A stretch of 64,000 bases of DNA from Octopus vulgaris (GCA_951406725.2 OX597822.1:39990001-40054000), one strand, 5' to 3'. Counted from the stretch's first letter, positions 52,142 through 64,000 are shown. Notes: generated from the sequence alone by a model not told the origin. Numbers and translations: made by a program.

Positions 52142-52546
52142 GATCTTGAAATAGAAATCAGCAAAATGTGGAAGCTGAAGACTAAAACAATACCTGTTGT
52201 CATAGGTGCCCTGGGAATGATAGCAAAAGGGGCTGATTGCTACCTAACTCAGATACCAGGAAACCCCAAAATGGCAGAAATTCAAAAGATAGTGCTCATG
52301 GGAACTGCTCATATCCTACGCAAAATACTCTCTATGTAATCCCAAGGTTTAAAACAAAAGTTGTTTTTTTATTTAAAAAAAAAAAAATGTTATGTATTAG
52401 ACATTCACTAGTACAACACAAAAAACCCCCAAATATATGGCACACTAAGCATAACAACAACGTGAACTTCCAACCTGTTGTCTCTTGAGGTCTCTGGGTG
52501 AGACTTGGAGCCAACTTGTACAGACATAAAGCAAAAGTCAAACATA

Positions 52547-52547
<1 letters not shown>
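52141..52547 (+). mobile_element. Short 3' fragment of family A retrotransposon
   Basis: DLEIEISKMWKLKTKTIPVVIGALG...GTAHILRKILSM plus the family A 3' UTR, with (AAT)n on both sides. Confidence 0.88.
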
Positions 52548-52609
<62 letters not shown>

Positions 52610-52699
52610 CAACAACAAAAACAACAACAACAACAAAAACAACAACAAAAACAACAACAACAACAACAACAATAATGATGATGATGATGATGATGATGA

Positions 52700-53085
52700 T
52701 CGACCGGATATTGTCATTTTGAATAAGAGACAAATACTGTCAGATCATTGATGTAGCCATACTAAATGACATGAATGTTGTGAGCAAAGAGGTTGAAAAA
52801 ATCACCAAGTACTCCGAAACGAAAATGGAAATGGCAAGATTGTATGGAATGCGAGAGAGTATTGTAAAAGTGATACCAGTGGTGATCAGAGCGCTGAGTT
52901 TAATCCCACTGAAACTTCAAGACTTCTTAAGGCAACTGGAAATCCCATGCAATATTGATGTCTTACAAAAAGCAGCCTTATTGGGCACAGCGCACATCTT
53001 AAGGGAAGTATCATCTTTCTGAGGTCCTTATTTTGAATTGACAGATGACTAAAGACTCCGGTGCATTTTTACCTACACTGTGTTA
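52700..53085 (+). mobile_element. 3' endonuclease fragment of another RLE retrotransposon family (G)
   Basis: RPDIVI...IIDVAI...KEVEKITKY...VIPVVI...LQKAALLGTAHILREV, between (GAT)n and (AAT)n tracts. Confidence 0.8.
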
Positions 53086-53095
53086 CAAAAGAATA

Positions 53096-53157
<62 letters not shown>

Positions 53158-53499
53158 TGTTATTATTGTTAACCAAATATGAAAGTATTATTTGACAGGC
53201 AAGAACTCTGGCGTTGAAGACAGTCAGCCAGCCAACCACCAAGCCAACCAACGAGACAGACAGACACGACTGTGATGGTGATAATGATAAAAAAACAAAA
53301 ATAAAAATAACAATAATAAGACACTGCTGTAACTACACATAAAACAATATTGATGATGATGGTGGTGATGGTGATGGTGATGATGATATCGATGATGGTA
53401 ATGGTGGTGATAATGATGATAGTGATAGTAATGGTGATGATAACAATAATAAGCCGACTACGGCTGCTATAATGGTACGATTATAATTGTAACGGCAAT

Positions 53500-56400
53500 G
53501 ATGGCCGTCTCCCCACGAGCCAATCAAAGCTAAAAAATGATAACATTATCGTAGCACCAAAATGATTTTGGAAACTAAAAGGAAAACTAAATCAGTATAC
53601 CAAATCGCTTGTCCTATGGTTAATCTGGAAGCGCGTCCCCCAGGGATGAGTCAGCCTGGGATCGAAAAGTCATCAACTGGCACAAACTCTTCTCCGAATA
53701 CGGACATGGATGGTCACTTGAACGGGAAATCCCCCAACTCGAGCCCTCCAAGTTCACCACCACAACCACCACAGAAAGAAAAATGTAAGCGGAACAAATG
53801 GACCCGAGAAGAGTATAAAGAAGTAATATACGCTTATTACTATGCATTAGGTAGGCCATCTCAAGAGAGACACACCGCAAACTCTTACAGTATATGGAAA
53901 ACACGGAATCAAGACAGTAGGCCCTATTTGGACGAGAACAAATTAGCAAATGTGAGGAGGGATATCCTTAGAAATAACAGACTCACAGACAGTGAAATAA
54001 GCGCGATCAAGCACGCAACGGAAAATGACATAAATATAAGACACAAAGGAAATGAAGAATCAGATGAACAGTATAGCCCGCCACGATGCTTAATCGAAAG
54101 ACTGCCATCTGACCAAAGTACGCAAAGGCCTGAAGATACAAGAAATTCTATTGTACCTGTTAAAGATAGCCAGGAAAACGAAAAAACAACAGTAACTGAA
54201 GATCTCGCATTTGCTGAAGAACACAGAGAGTCTATGGCAGAAATGAGGCAGAAAATCCTGAATACGCTTGAAGTTGTAAGACATACAAGTATGAATGATA
54301 GAGAACCACTTCATAAACTCTCAAATACAAACCAAAATAAAAAACAAATCCAAATTGGCAACTATGTAACAAATGAAATAATACGAGAATTAAAACCTGA
54401 TTTTACTGAGTTAAATGAAATTATTTACGCTTCTGCTAGGGCAATTGAAACCAGCTGTATGTCCCCGAAAAAACAAAGAAAAAAAACCTGGGAAGAAATC
54501 AAACCTGAAGAAGTAAAATTGAAAAAGAGATTGAATTTATGAGAGGGGAAATATCAATATTAAATGAACTAATATGTGGAAATGATGTAAGATCCAGAAC
54601 AGGAAGAAAGATGAAGAGAAAATTTGGATCCTCACCAAGAGAAGAACTGATATCAATAAAAGAAACGCTGAAACAAAAAGTCCAAGCAAAAGCCCAAAGA
54701 ATACGAAGATTTGAGAAGAGAAACAAGTTTTACAAGCAAAATAAGCTGTTCACATCCAATGCCAAAAAATTCTACAGAGAAATAGGGAAGGAGAAAGTAA
54801 CCGTTAAAGACCCCCCTCCCATGGAAGAAGTTCAAAACTTTTGGAAAAGGATTTGGAGTGACAAGAAGACGTACAACATAAATGCAGACTGGATTATACA
54901 AACTGAAGGATCCTACCAAAATTTACAACAACAAGCATGGGAAGACATCACAATAGCAGACCTAAGAAAGGCACTCACGAAGGCCCATAATTGGAAATCC
55001 CCCGGTAAAGATAGGGTGCCGAATTCCTGGCTCGCATCGCTCCCATGCGCACACGGTAAGCTAGTTCAGCTGCTCAATGGAATTATGAGAGACCCAAAGA
55101 AAACACCAGAATGGTTAGCAAGTGGCATTACTTACCTACTCCCAAAGAATAACGAAACCAACCTTCAAAAAAACTATCGGCCTATAACCTGTCTATCCAC
55201 CACGTATAAAATCCTAACATCTATCCTGGCGGAGAAAACATATGCATTCATGGAGAAGAACGATATTTTCCCATCGAACAAAAAGGGTGCCGCCGAGGCT
55301 CTTACGGATGCAAAGATCAACTGCTAATCAATCGTATGATCCTTGAGAACTGTCACAACAAGCGCAGAAATCTCAGCACCGCATGGATTGACTATAAAAA
55401 GGCCTTCGACAGTATACCGCATCCATGGATCTTGAGATCGCTGGACATCTTCAAAATTTCCCCTGTGATTTCAAACTTCCTGAAGCACAATATGTCGTTG
55501 TGGAATACGAATCTCCAATTATACCACTCTAATGGAGTACTTGCCTCAGAAAATATAAACATCAACTGTGGAATTTTTCAAGGTGACTCACTTTCACCTT
55601 TAATATTCTGCATAGCCCTAATACCCCTTACAAGTGAACTTGAAGGCCTAATACCCTATTTTATATGGATGACTTACAATAATGAACTTGAAGGCCTATT
55701 GCGCACCGTGAAAGCTTTCAGCGATGACATCTGGATGGAGTTTGACTTGAGAAGTGTGCCAAGGCCACTTTCCAGAAAGGGAAAGTGAAGACCACAAATT
55801 CAGTCGTGTTAGATGTTGACACAGTCATAAGAGAGCTTGAGCAAGAACAAACATACAAATATTTAGGGATAAATGAAGGCTCTGGTATTCAGCATGCAAG
55901 CATGAAAGAGAAGATCAGGAAGGAATGTTATAGGAGAGTTCGTGCAGTCCTGAAATCTGAATTAAATGCACGTAACAAGGTGTTAGCTATAAATTCCTTA
56001 GCAGTTCCAGTTGTTACTTATAGCTACAATGTGTTGAACTGGAATATGAGTGAAGTAAAGAATATAGACAGGAAAATACGCAAGCTGCTGAGTTGTAATA
56101 GGATGCACCACCCAAAGGCAGACGTAGATCGCCTTTACCTTCCCAGAGCCCAAGGAGGTCGAGGCCTGATCCAATTTGAACTAGTTTACAAAACAACCAC
56201 AATTGGACTGGCCAAATATCTCGAAATATCGAATGACTGGATGCTAAAGCTCGTGGAAAATCACAAGAGACGAAAGAAGCTTCATTCTATCATAAAGGAA
56301 AGCAAAAAATTTGCTATTGATCTCGTGCAGGATACCCAAACTGAACATCCCGAGGGAAGTACGGCAACTATTGTTGCAAAGAAGGTGAAAATGATGGCAA

Positions 56401-57367
56401 CGAAAAAAGCGCACGAGCAATTGGCTGATAGGTGGGAGGAGAAACCTCTGCACGGCAAATATGTGACCCGCAGCAAACAAGCTGATGTTGACCAGAAGCA
56501 AACCCATCAGTGGCTACGGAGCTCAGGGCTAAAAGCAGAGAGCGAAGGTTTCATCCTGGCTGCTCAAGATCAAAGCCTATTAACCCGGAACTACCAGGCC
56601 AATGTGATGAAAAATGGAGCAGACCCAAAATGCCGATTCTGCAACGACATGATTGAAACAGTGGACCATCTAATCTCTGGATGTAAAGTCTTAGCACCAG
56701 TGGAGTATAAATTAAGACATGACAGAGTTGGCCAATATCTACACTGGCTAATAAGTCGGCATTACAATATCAAAACTGCCGACAAGTGGTATAATCACCA
56801 CCCTGAGGCTGTAACTGAAGGAGAAAATGTAACCATTCTGTGGAACTTTCCAGTACATACAGACCGAACCATCAAGGCCAATAAACCAGATATTGTTGTG
56901 AAAGACCAAAACAATAAAGTTTGCTTATTGATCGACATGAGCATCCCCTGTGATCATAATATCTCAGCGAAAGAGTTTGACAAGCTCAGAAAATATAAAG
57001 ACCTACTCATTGAAATTGAGAAAATGTGGCATCTCAAGGCGGTTACAATACCAGTGATCGTAGGAGCACTAGGAACGATCAAGAAGGGAACCGAAAATTA
57101 TATGAGAATGATCCCTGGCTTACCATCCCTGCAAGAAGTGCAAAAGATTGTCTTAACTGGTACATCACACGTATTGAGAAGAGCATTGTCGATGTGAGAA
57201 CTGTTGCTGCTCATGTATTTTAATTTAACTTAAAAAAAAAAAATGAACGAACTATTGAGTTTGGTTTAATGGCCTACCAATGTATACTATGAGTTTCTTT
57301 GCCCTAGGAGTCGGGAAGACACTCGGCAAGAAATGGAAGCAAATTTGAAAGAAGAAAAAAAACAAAA
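53500..57367 (+). mobile_element. Near-full-length R4/Dong-clade non-LTR retrotransposon (family C), single ORF broken by frameshifts
   Basis: Consecutive ORFs 53562-54542 (Myb-like N-terminus KRNKWTREEYKEVIYAYY), 54539-55327 (WKSPGKD, NYRPITCL), 55336-55788 (AWIDYKKAFDS, GIFQGDSLSP) and 55785-57197 (YKYLG, GGRGL, CRFC-x8-H-x4-C knuckle, RHD, KPDIV...ID...KY endonuclease). The 3' UTR ends in (AAT)n at about 57368. Confidence 0.92.
55785..57197 (+). pseudogene. C-terminal RT thumb, zinc knuckle and restriction-like endonuclease of the family C element (470 aa open segment)
   Basis: Motifs YKYLG, HHPKADVDRLY, CRFCNDMIETVDHLISGC, RHD, NKPDIVV, LIDMSIP, KYKDL, PVIVGALG. Confidence 0.88.
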
Positions 57368-57394
57368 CAATAATAATAATAATAATAATAATAA

Positions 57395-57596
57395 TCCTTT
57401 CTACTATGGGCACAAGGCCTGAAATTTTATGGGAGGGACTAGTCAATTATATTTTCACTGCTACTGAATTTATGGACCCTGAAAAGTTGGAAGGCAAGTC
57501 GACCTAGGCGGAATTTAAACTCAGAACGTAAGGAGGGACGAACTTCCGTTAAGCATTTTGTCCTGCGCGGTAACGATTCTACTAGCTCACTACCTC
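57395..57596 (-). mobile_element. SINE family 2
   Basis: Reverse-complement copy whose tail is the (AAT)n that ends the family C LINE. Confidence 0.75.
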
Positions 57597-57648
<52 letters not shown>

Positions 57649-57716
57649 CCCAGCTGACAATCAGGTATCCGATGAGGAAGAAAGAAAAGTCGATAGCTAT
57701 GAGAGGTTAGCTTGAA

Positions 57717-58056
57717 AGACTTATTCTTTGTAAGCCTAGTACTTAGGCTATGGGTCTCTTTTGCCGAACCGCTAAGTTACGGGACGTAAACACACCAGCA
57801 TCGGTTGTCAAGCGATGTTGGGAGGGGGACAAGCACAGACACATAAACATATACACACACATACATATATAATATATATATATATATATTCGACGGGCTT
57901 CTTTCAGTTTCCGGCTACCAAATCCACTCAAAAAGCTATGGTCGACCCGAGGCTATAGTAGAAGACACATACCCAAGGTGCCACGCAGTGGTACTGAACC
58001 TGGAACCATGTGGTTGGTAAGCAAGCTACTTACCACACAGCCACTCCTACGCCTAT
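57717..58056 (-). mobile_element. SINE family 1 (3'-clipped), twin of 60257-60608
   Basis: Reverse-complement match sharing private variants with the 60.3-kb copy. Confidence 0.82.
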
Positions 58057-58502
58057 GTAGCTGTCCATAAATATTGTCCTTCTCTCTGATTTTAGAAGAG
58101 TTGTTCAAACTTGCTGGGCAGCTCACATCTATGATGATTCATGTCGTTTACTTCTCTGTTTCAAACTACAATGTATTTAGGCCTGTTTTGTTTGTACATG
58201 GTCGGAGTTTTGAAGAGAATATCCCATCAGTATCCATTATGTAGATATTATATGAATGCATTTACGAATGCATGTACGCTTCGTCGTAAGATTCGTACAT
58301 ATGTTTGCACGTATAACTGTATGTGCATATTAATCTGTATATACATATATATGCATGTGTCTATACAATTGTATTTTGAATCACGATAGTTCATCAGGGG
58401 CAACATTCCATTATATTAAGCTCGACTCATCAAGTGGTTGATGTTGGGCAGATGGCAAGACTTTTCATAAGTATGCCAAAAAAGAAATAAAGATTAAAAT
58501 AA

Positions 58503-58534
<32 letters not shown>

Positions 58535-59069
58535 TAAGAGAGAGAGAGAGAGTAAGAGAGAGAGAGAGAGAGATGTAGAGAAAAGAGGACAAGAGAAAAG
58601 AGAGTAAATTAATCTATCTCTGTGTTTTGCTCTCTAATTCTTGCCATCTGTCCGAATTCAAACATTTGGTTTGTGTAACATAATGCAATAAAAGTGTTCC
58701 CCGTGCAATTATTGTGCTTCGGAATCCAGTTTCTCAGAGAACACCCAGTGCAGAGAATGCAAATAAACACAGTTGTGAAATGCATGTAGAGAATAGATGA
58801 TATAAACTACATCAATATGGTTGTCCCATAGGAATCGACGATACAACCGTTTTTTAACCCCAGGAGGAGCCTCCTACAGCTGGTTATCGATGCAATCTGC
58901 ATCTTATATATATTGCAAGCAGGGGAACGAACCCCCACTTTCTTCTAGCAGATGACGAACGGGATCACCAGAGCGTACGGTTTTGAGCCATTTATGTCCA
59001 TCATCACCCGTCCACTAGAGATAGTAGTAATTCGCTCCAGCTCGCAATATATATATGTATGTATGTATG

Positions 59070-59146
<77 letters not shown>

Positions 59147-59392
59147 CGGGTGTAATGTTGGTTCCTATGGAACAGCCATATTGAAGTGGCGACAAACATT
59201 ACTTCTCAGTATGGTTAGTATTTTCATTACTTATAGAGATTTTAAAAAGCTACTTGGCTTGCTACAGAATACATTTTGTGTTTATCATACTTTACCTACG
59301 TTTGCTCTTCTCTCCTAATCGGTAATACTTGTGAATACAGTAGTAACCCCTCCACTTTACTGAAGCTAGACTGGATTCATAATACTGTATAT

Positions 59393-59883
59393 CAGGGGTG
59401 GGGAAACTTTTTTGTACGGCGGGAAAAAAGTCACAAAGAAAAAGACTCGCGGGCGGATCACAAGTTCTAACTGTTATATCTGTGTAAATCTTGTATATAT
59501 CTATGTATAATTCGATACACATTAATAAAGTTAAGTTTAACATTAAATTAACGCGTAACATCTTCATCAACGCCGCCACTGAATTTAGGACGTTTATATT
59601 ACCTATGAGGTATTCTATATTTTTCAGCTCGAGTGTAGTTGGGTCTCAAGGTGGTGGTACAAACCTAGCAACATGTGTTTTATAGTGAAAACAAAATTTC
59701 CATTCAAATGGCAATTACCAGACAAGTTTCTGTTCGAGTCTAACCCTTTTGAAGCTGTAGTGGAAACACGACCTGTGTCGCAAATAGGCGTACGAATACT
59801 GTATAAATTTTGTAATTGAAAAATTTACTATATTTTGTACACACGAATATATCAGCCCGTGGGCGGCGGTTTCCCCACCCCTG
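59393..59883. mobile_element. hAT (Charlie/Buster-type) MITE
   Basis: 15-bp TIR CAGGGGTGGGGAAAC / GTTTCCCCACCCCTG. 8-bp TSD ctgtatat / ctctatat with central TA. Confidence 0.85.
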
Positions 59884-60099
59884 CTCTATATGGAGCTCTA
59901 AATTCACCAGTATCGGTGGCGCATCTAACTATACACGTAAGGTATAGTGGCTGTGTGATAAGAAGTTTGCTTTCCTAGCACCTGATTCTGATTTCAGTCC
60001 CACTGCCTGATACTTTGGACTAACATCTTCCATTATAGCCTCGGGCTTACCAAAGCCATGTGAGTGGATTGGTAGACGGGAACTAAAAGAAGCCCGTCG

Positions 60100-60136
<37 letters not shown>

Positions 60137-60256
60137 CTGTATTCAAGAGATAAGGAATTATGTACATTATTTACATTATTTAGATTTGACGGATATTTGT
60201 TCTCATGTTGTTTGTTATTAACACAACGTTTTGGCTGATACACCCTCAGGACTTAT

Positions 60257-60608
60257 TCGACCCCAGGACTTATTCTTTGTCAGCCTAGTACTTAGGCTAT
60301 GGGTCTCTTTTGCCGAACCGCTAAGTTACGGGGACGTAAACACACCAGCATCGGTTGTCAAGCGATGTTGGGAGGGGGGGACAAGCACAGACACATAAAC
60401 ATATACACATACATACATGCATAAATATATATATATATATATGCGACGGGCTTCTTTCAGTTTCCGGCTACCAAATCCACTCAAAAAGCTATGGTCGACC
60501 CGAGGCTATAGTAGAAGACACATACCCAAGGTGCCACGCAGTGGTACTGAACCTGGAACCATGTGGTTGGTAAGCAAGCTACTTACCACACAGCCGCTCC
60601 TGCGCCTA
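60257..60608 (-). mobile_element. SINE family 1 (3'-clipped), twin of 57717-58056
   Basis: Reverse-complement match sharing private variants with the 57.7-kb copy. Confidence 0.82.
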
Positions 60609-60738
60609 TATATATATATGAATATATGTACCTATATATTTCCATATCTATGAATGCTTCTAAAAGTGTCTTTTGAATGTGTATATATGTAGATGCAATA
60701 TACGAGCACAAAAGTGCAAATTAATGTTTGCCTGCAAT

Positions 60739-60844
<106 letters not shown>

Positions 60845-61277
60845 TCATACATATATACAATTATGTTGTGTCTGTGTGTGTATGTTATAATGTTTGTCTG
60901 TTTGTGTATTTACAGAGTGTGTCTTGCCTATATGTATCTTCCCACAAAAAGAAGAGTATATTTATTCTATATACATCCATATATTTATCGATATTTAAAT
61001 ATATCTATTACGAGGATATAAATTCTATACAAACATATACGGCTTCAATTATGTACGTATGCAGGTGTGTACGTAGCTATTTGTCTGCTTGTATCTACAT
61101 ATCTATGTATATGCATTGTATGTTATGCTATCTATTTAGTAAAGTTGAGTCTTGCTGGAGTCAGTAGTGTTTTGCTTAAATGCTTGTAAGTGTCCATTGC
61201 GATTATATATATAACTTTATGCATAACATCACAAAGGTGTGTATGTATACGCACGCACACACACTTATTAACATATG

Positions 61278-61339
<62 letters not shown>

Positions 61340-61669
61340 TGTATGTATGTATGTATGTATGTTTGTATGGATGTATGTATGTATGTATGTATGTATGTAT
61401 GTATGTATGTATGTATGTATGTATGTATGTATGTATGCATTTAAATGTGTCCATTATCCAAGCCAGACTAAATTTGAATGATTGCAATTTGATGACGGCT
61501 CCGCTTATCTCAATTATTTGAGTTTACTCGTTAACATTGTAATTATGTAAAAACGATAAAATTTTCGCAGACGTTAAAGAAAAACGTTCAAATACACAAA
61601 TGTATTGTATTCTAATTTTATCGAAGATTCTTGCATATTTCTCTATGGATTGTTTGCAATTTCGAACAA

Positions 61670-62020
61670 TATATTTCCCAAATCGTCCATTAAAGTCTCT
61701 AGACCTTCATAGCCACATCTTCAAAATGAAGTGATGTTGGTGTTTGTTGATGTCTCGTTAATGGAGACACGAGCAATGTGAATAGTGTAAATATTACAGC
61801 TGAATTCTTTTATCTCTCAGTTTGTACTTGTTTCAACAATATAGGAAGAGAATATTTCCCAAATCGACTACTAATGTTTCCAGACCTTCACAGTCACATC
61901 TTCAGATTGGGGGTGATGTTGGTGTGTATTGCTGCCTCGTTATTTGAGTTAGCAATGTGATTGGTGTAAGCATTACTGCTGGAATTCTTTTGTCTTTCAG
62001 CTTTTACTTTGCTTCAGTCA
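61670..62020. repeat. Diverged ~180-bp tandem duplication
   Basis: atatttcccaaatcg...agaccttca...cacatcttca...gtgatgttggtg...agcaatgtga...gaattctttt occurs at ~61670 and ~61850. Confidence 0.75.
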
Positions 62021-62410
62021 TTTTATGCCCTATGCAGGGGTACCGCCTCGAAGAGTTGTAGTCGAATACATCCACTCCAGTATTCATTTTTATAAAACCT
62101 GATATTTATCCTATTGGTGACTTTTGCCGAACCACAAAGTTTCGGCGTCATCAACAAACCAACACCGGTTATCAAGCAGTGGTGGCGAACAAACAGAGAT
62201 ACACGTAGACGCACACAGACACATGCGCACACACACTAACACACACATACACACACATACACACACACACACATACACACACACACATACACACAAACAC
62301 ACACAGACACGCACACACACACACACAAATTCCCACCGCACACACACACACACACGTATTAAAAAGAAATAATAAACACGCAAAAAACATGTAATATCAC
62401 TTTGGAGCAT

Positions 62411-62634
62411 GTGGAAGTGCGTGGCTTAGTGGTTAGGGATGTTGGATTCATGATCGTAAGATTGTGGTTTCGATTCTTGGGCCGGGCGACGCGTTGTGTT
62501 CTTGTGTAAACACTTCATTTCACGTTGCTCCAGTCTGCTAAGCTGGCGAAAGTGAATTATACTGCGGCGGCCGGCGTTCCGACTAGGTGGGGAATTTCTA
62601 CGCCATGGAAAACGGAGAACTAGCCCTTATGAGT
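62411..62634 (+). mobile_element. tRNA-derived SINE (family 3 head with gaaaac...cccttatgag tail)
   Basis: tggcttagtgg A box and tttcgattc B box. The tail resembles 48820-48890 (minus) and 7925-7995. Confidence 0.65.
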
Positions 62635-62852
62635 CGGCTGGCAGAAACGTTAGCACGCCGGACGAAATGCGTAGCCGTATTTCGTCTGCCGTTACGTTCT
62701 GAGTTCAAATTCCGCCGAGGTCGACTTTGCCTTTCTTCCTTTCGGGGTCGATAAATTAAGTACCAGTTACGCACTGGGGTCGATGTAATCGACTTAATCT
62801 CCTTGTCTGTCCTCTGTGTGTTTAGCCCCTTGTGGCTAGTAAAGAAATAGGT
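62635..62852 (+). mobile_element. SINE family 2
   Basis: Near-consensus copy. Confidence 0.8.
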
Positions 62853-62914
62853 ATGTACCCCCTCGCTTTTTCATGTCGAATTTTACTATTCTGTAAATAA
62901 TATTAATGATAAGC

Positions 62915-63188
62915 AATTGCAGCGTGGAAGGTGTTTATAAGCCATTTAAGAAACACACAAAAACCGTTAGATTCACTTCAACATAGAAAATTTAATTTGC
63001 CAAAATATTTTCGTCGCTTTGAAACCACGACCTGTTCACTGACAAAATGAGATGCAGCACGGAATTTTGTCAGTGATCAAGTTGCGGTCTCAAAGAGAAT
63101 ATTTTGGCAAATTAAATTTAAATGTTGATACGAATCTAACGGTTTTTGTGTTTTTTTAATGGTTATAAACACCTTCCATACTGCAATT
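62915..63188. repeat. Long imperfect inverted repeat (foldback), ~130-bp arms, 15-bp spacer; probable inverted Penelope-like pLTR pair
   Basis: 62915-63048 is the reverse complement of 63064-63188 (aattgcag...ctgacaaaat / attttgtcag...ctgcaatt). Confidence 0.85.
62996..63046 (-). ncRNA. Minimal type I hammerhead ribozyme, G3-C8 core variant
   Basis: UUUGUCA-GUGAACA-G-GUCG(loop)CGAC-GAA-AAUAUU-U-UGGCAAA: 7-bp helix I, 4-5-bp helix II, palindromic helix III. Confidence 0.6.
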
Positions 63189-63485
63189 CCTTTTGTTTCA
63201 GCACACGATCTCAGATCAGGTCACTTGCTATGCAAGTACATCTCCGTAACAATAATGATATTTTATAAGATTAAAGCTTATAAGTGATCATCGTGACTGA
63301 AAAAAGCGCGGGGTTTCGTTGGTGTAATAGTAGCACACTTGTTACGAAAATATAGAGATGCAATTTCGAGCCTCACGCGTACGATAATCCCACTTTATTT
63401 TTTCCGTCGAGGGCTTATATGCTCCAATATTAGACTATTTTCTTGAGTCAATACACGGTGATCGATTATTAACTTTAAGCTTAGA

Positions 63486-63554
<69 letters not shown>

Positions 63555-63591
63555 CATTATTATCATCATCATCATCATTATTATTATTATT

Positions 63592-64000
63592 GAGTGAGAG
63601 AGCAGTTCATGCCATCAAAGTGATACGGGGGTAAAATATACGAAGCCCAATATACCCATCATGACTACCCGTCTGATAAGAGTACACCAGGCACATGCAT
63701 CACAACAATATGTGCGCGACACGGTGATCTCATATCAAGATAAACAGCACATGACCTTGCAGGTGGGGCCCAGTTAGAATTTTCTTCAGGTTGAGTAGCC
63801 CATCCCGCTCAAACGGTCCCTGAATAAGGGTTGTTTAAGGATGTTGAAAGAACCACCCATGTTTCTAGAGGTGAATTGTTCAAACCCCAAAGAATCCCTC
63901 ATCATGCTATGATGCTCCCCCACTACTTCTGCTCGTGATCAGAGATGCACATATCGTCAGCCACTAAGGGGCATGCTCAACTGGTTAAGGTCAAACAACT
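63592..64000 (-). mobile_element. ~560-bp element, copy 7 (cut by window edge)
   Basis: gagtgagagagcag terminus after (TTA)n. Confidence 0.85.

Noticed and set aside
60221-60250. Half hammerhead (minus strand cagcc-aaaacgttg) in a Penelope-like scrap
   Set aside because: The CUGANGA side is absent and GAAA is mutated, too incomplete to call.

Overview
This is repeat-saturated, AT-rich eukaryotic DNA with no intact host protein-coding gene that I can support. The microsatellite density, tRNA-derived SINE families and mollusc-type 5S sequence suggest an octopod (Octopus-like) genome, which is an inference. Almost all ORFs in the track are microsatellite read-throughs. The real coding content is transposable elements. 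The largest component is a nest of R4/Dong-clade non-LTR retrotransposons (RT, CCHC knuckle, restriction-like endonuclease) from at least 6 sequence families, embedded in (TAA)n tracts with a fixed polarity; it includes one near-full-length frameshifted copy at about 53.5-57.4 kb. Seven copies of a ~560-bp non-coding element share that (TAA)n target. Also present are three or four SINE families, mariner (DD34D) and DD41D transposase remnants, hAT- and piggyBac-like MITEs, Helentron-type HINEs, Tx1/RTE/CR1-like LINE scraps, a 5S rRNA pseudogene fused to a SINE head, and several Penelope-type minimal hammerhead ribozyme motifs. The two most interesting signals are the ~560-bp (TAA)n-specific element, a candidate non-autonomous Dong partner, and a ~270-bp foldback whose two arms each carry a hammerhead with the G3-C8 compensatory core. 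Coordinates were read by eye and may be off by a few bases.
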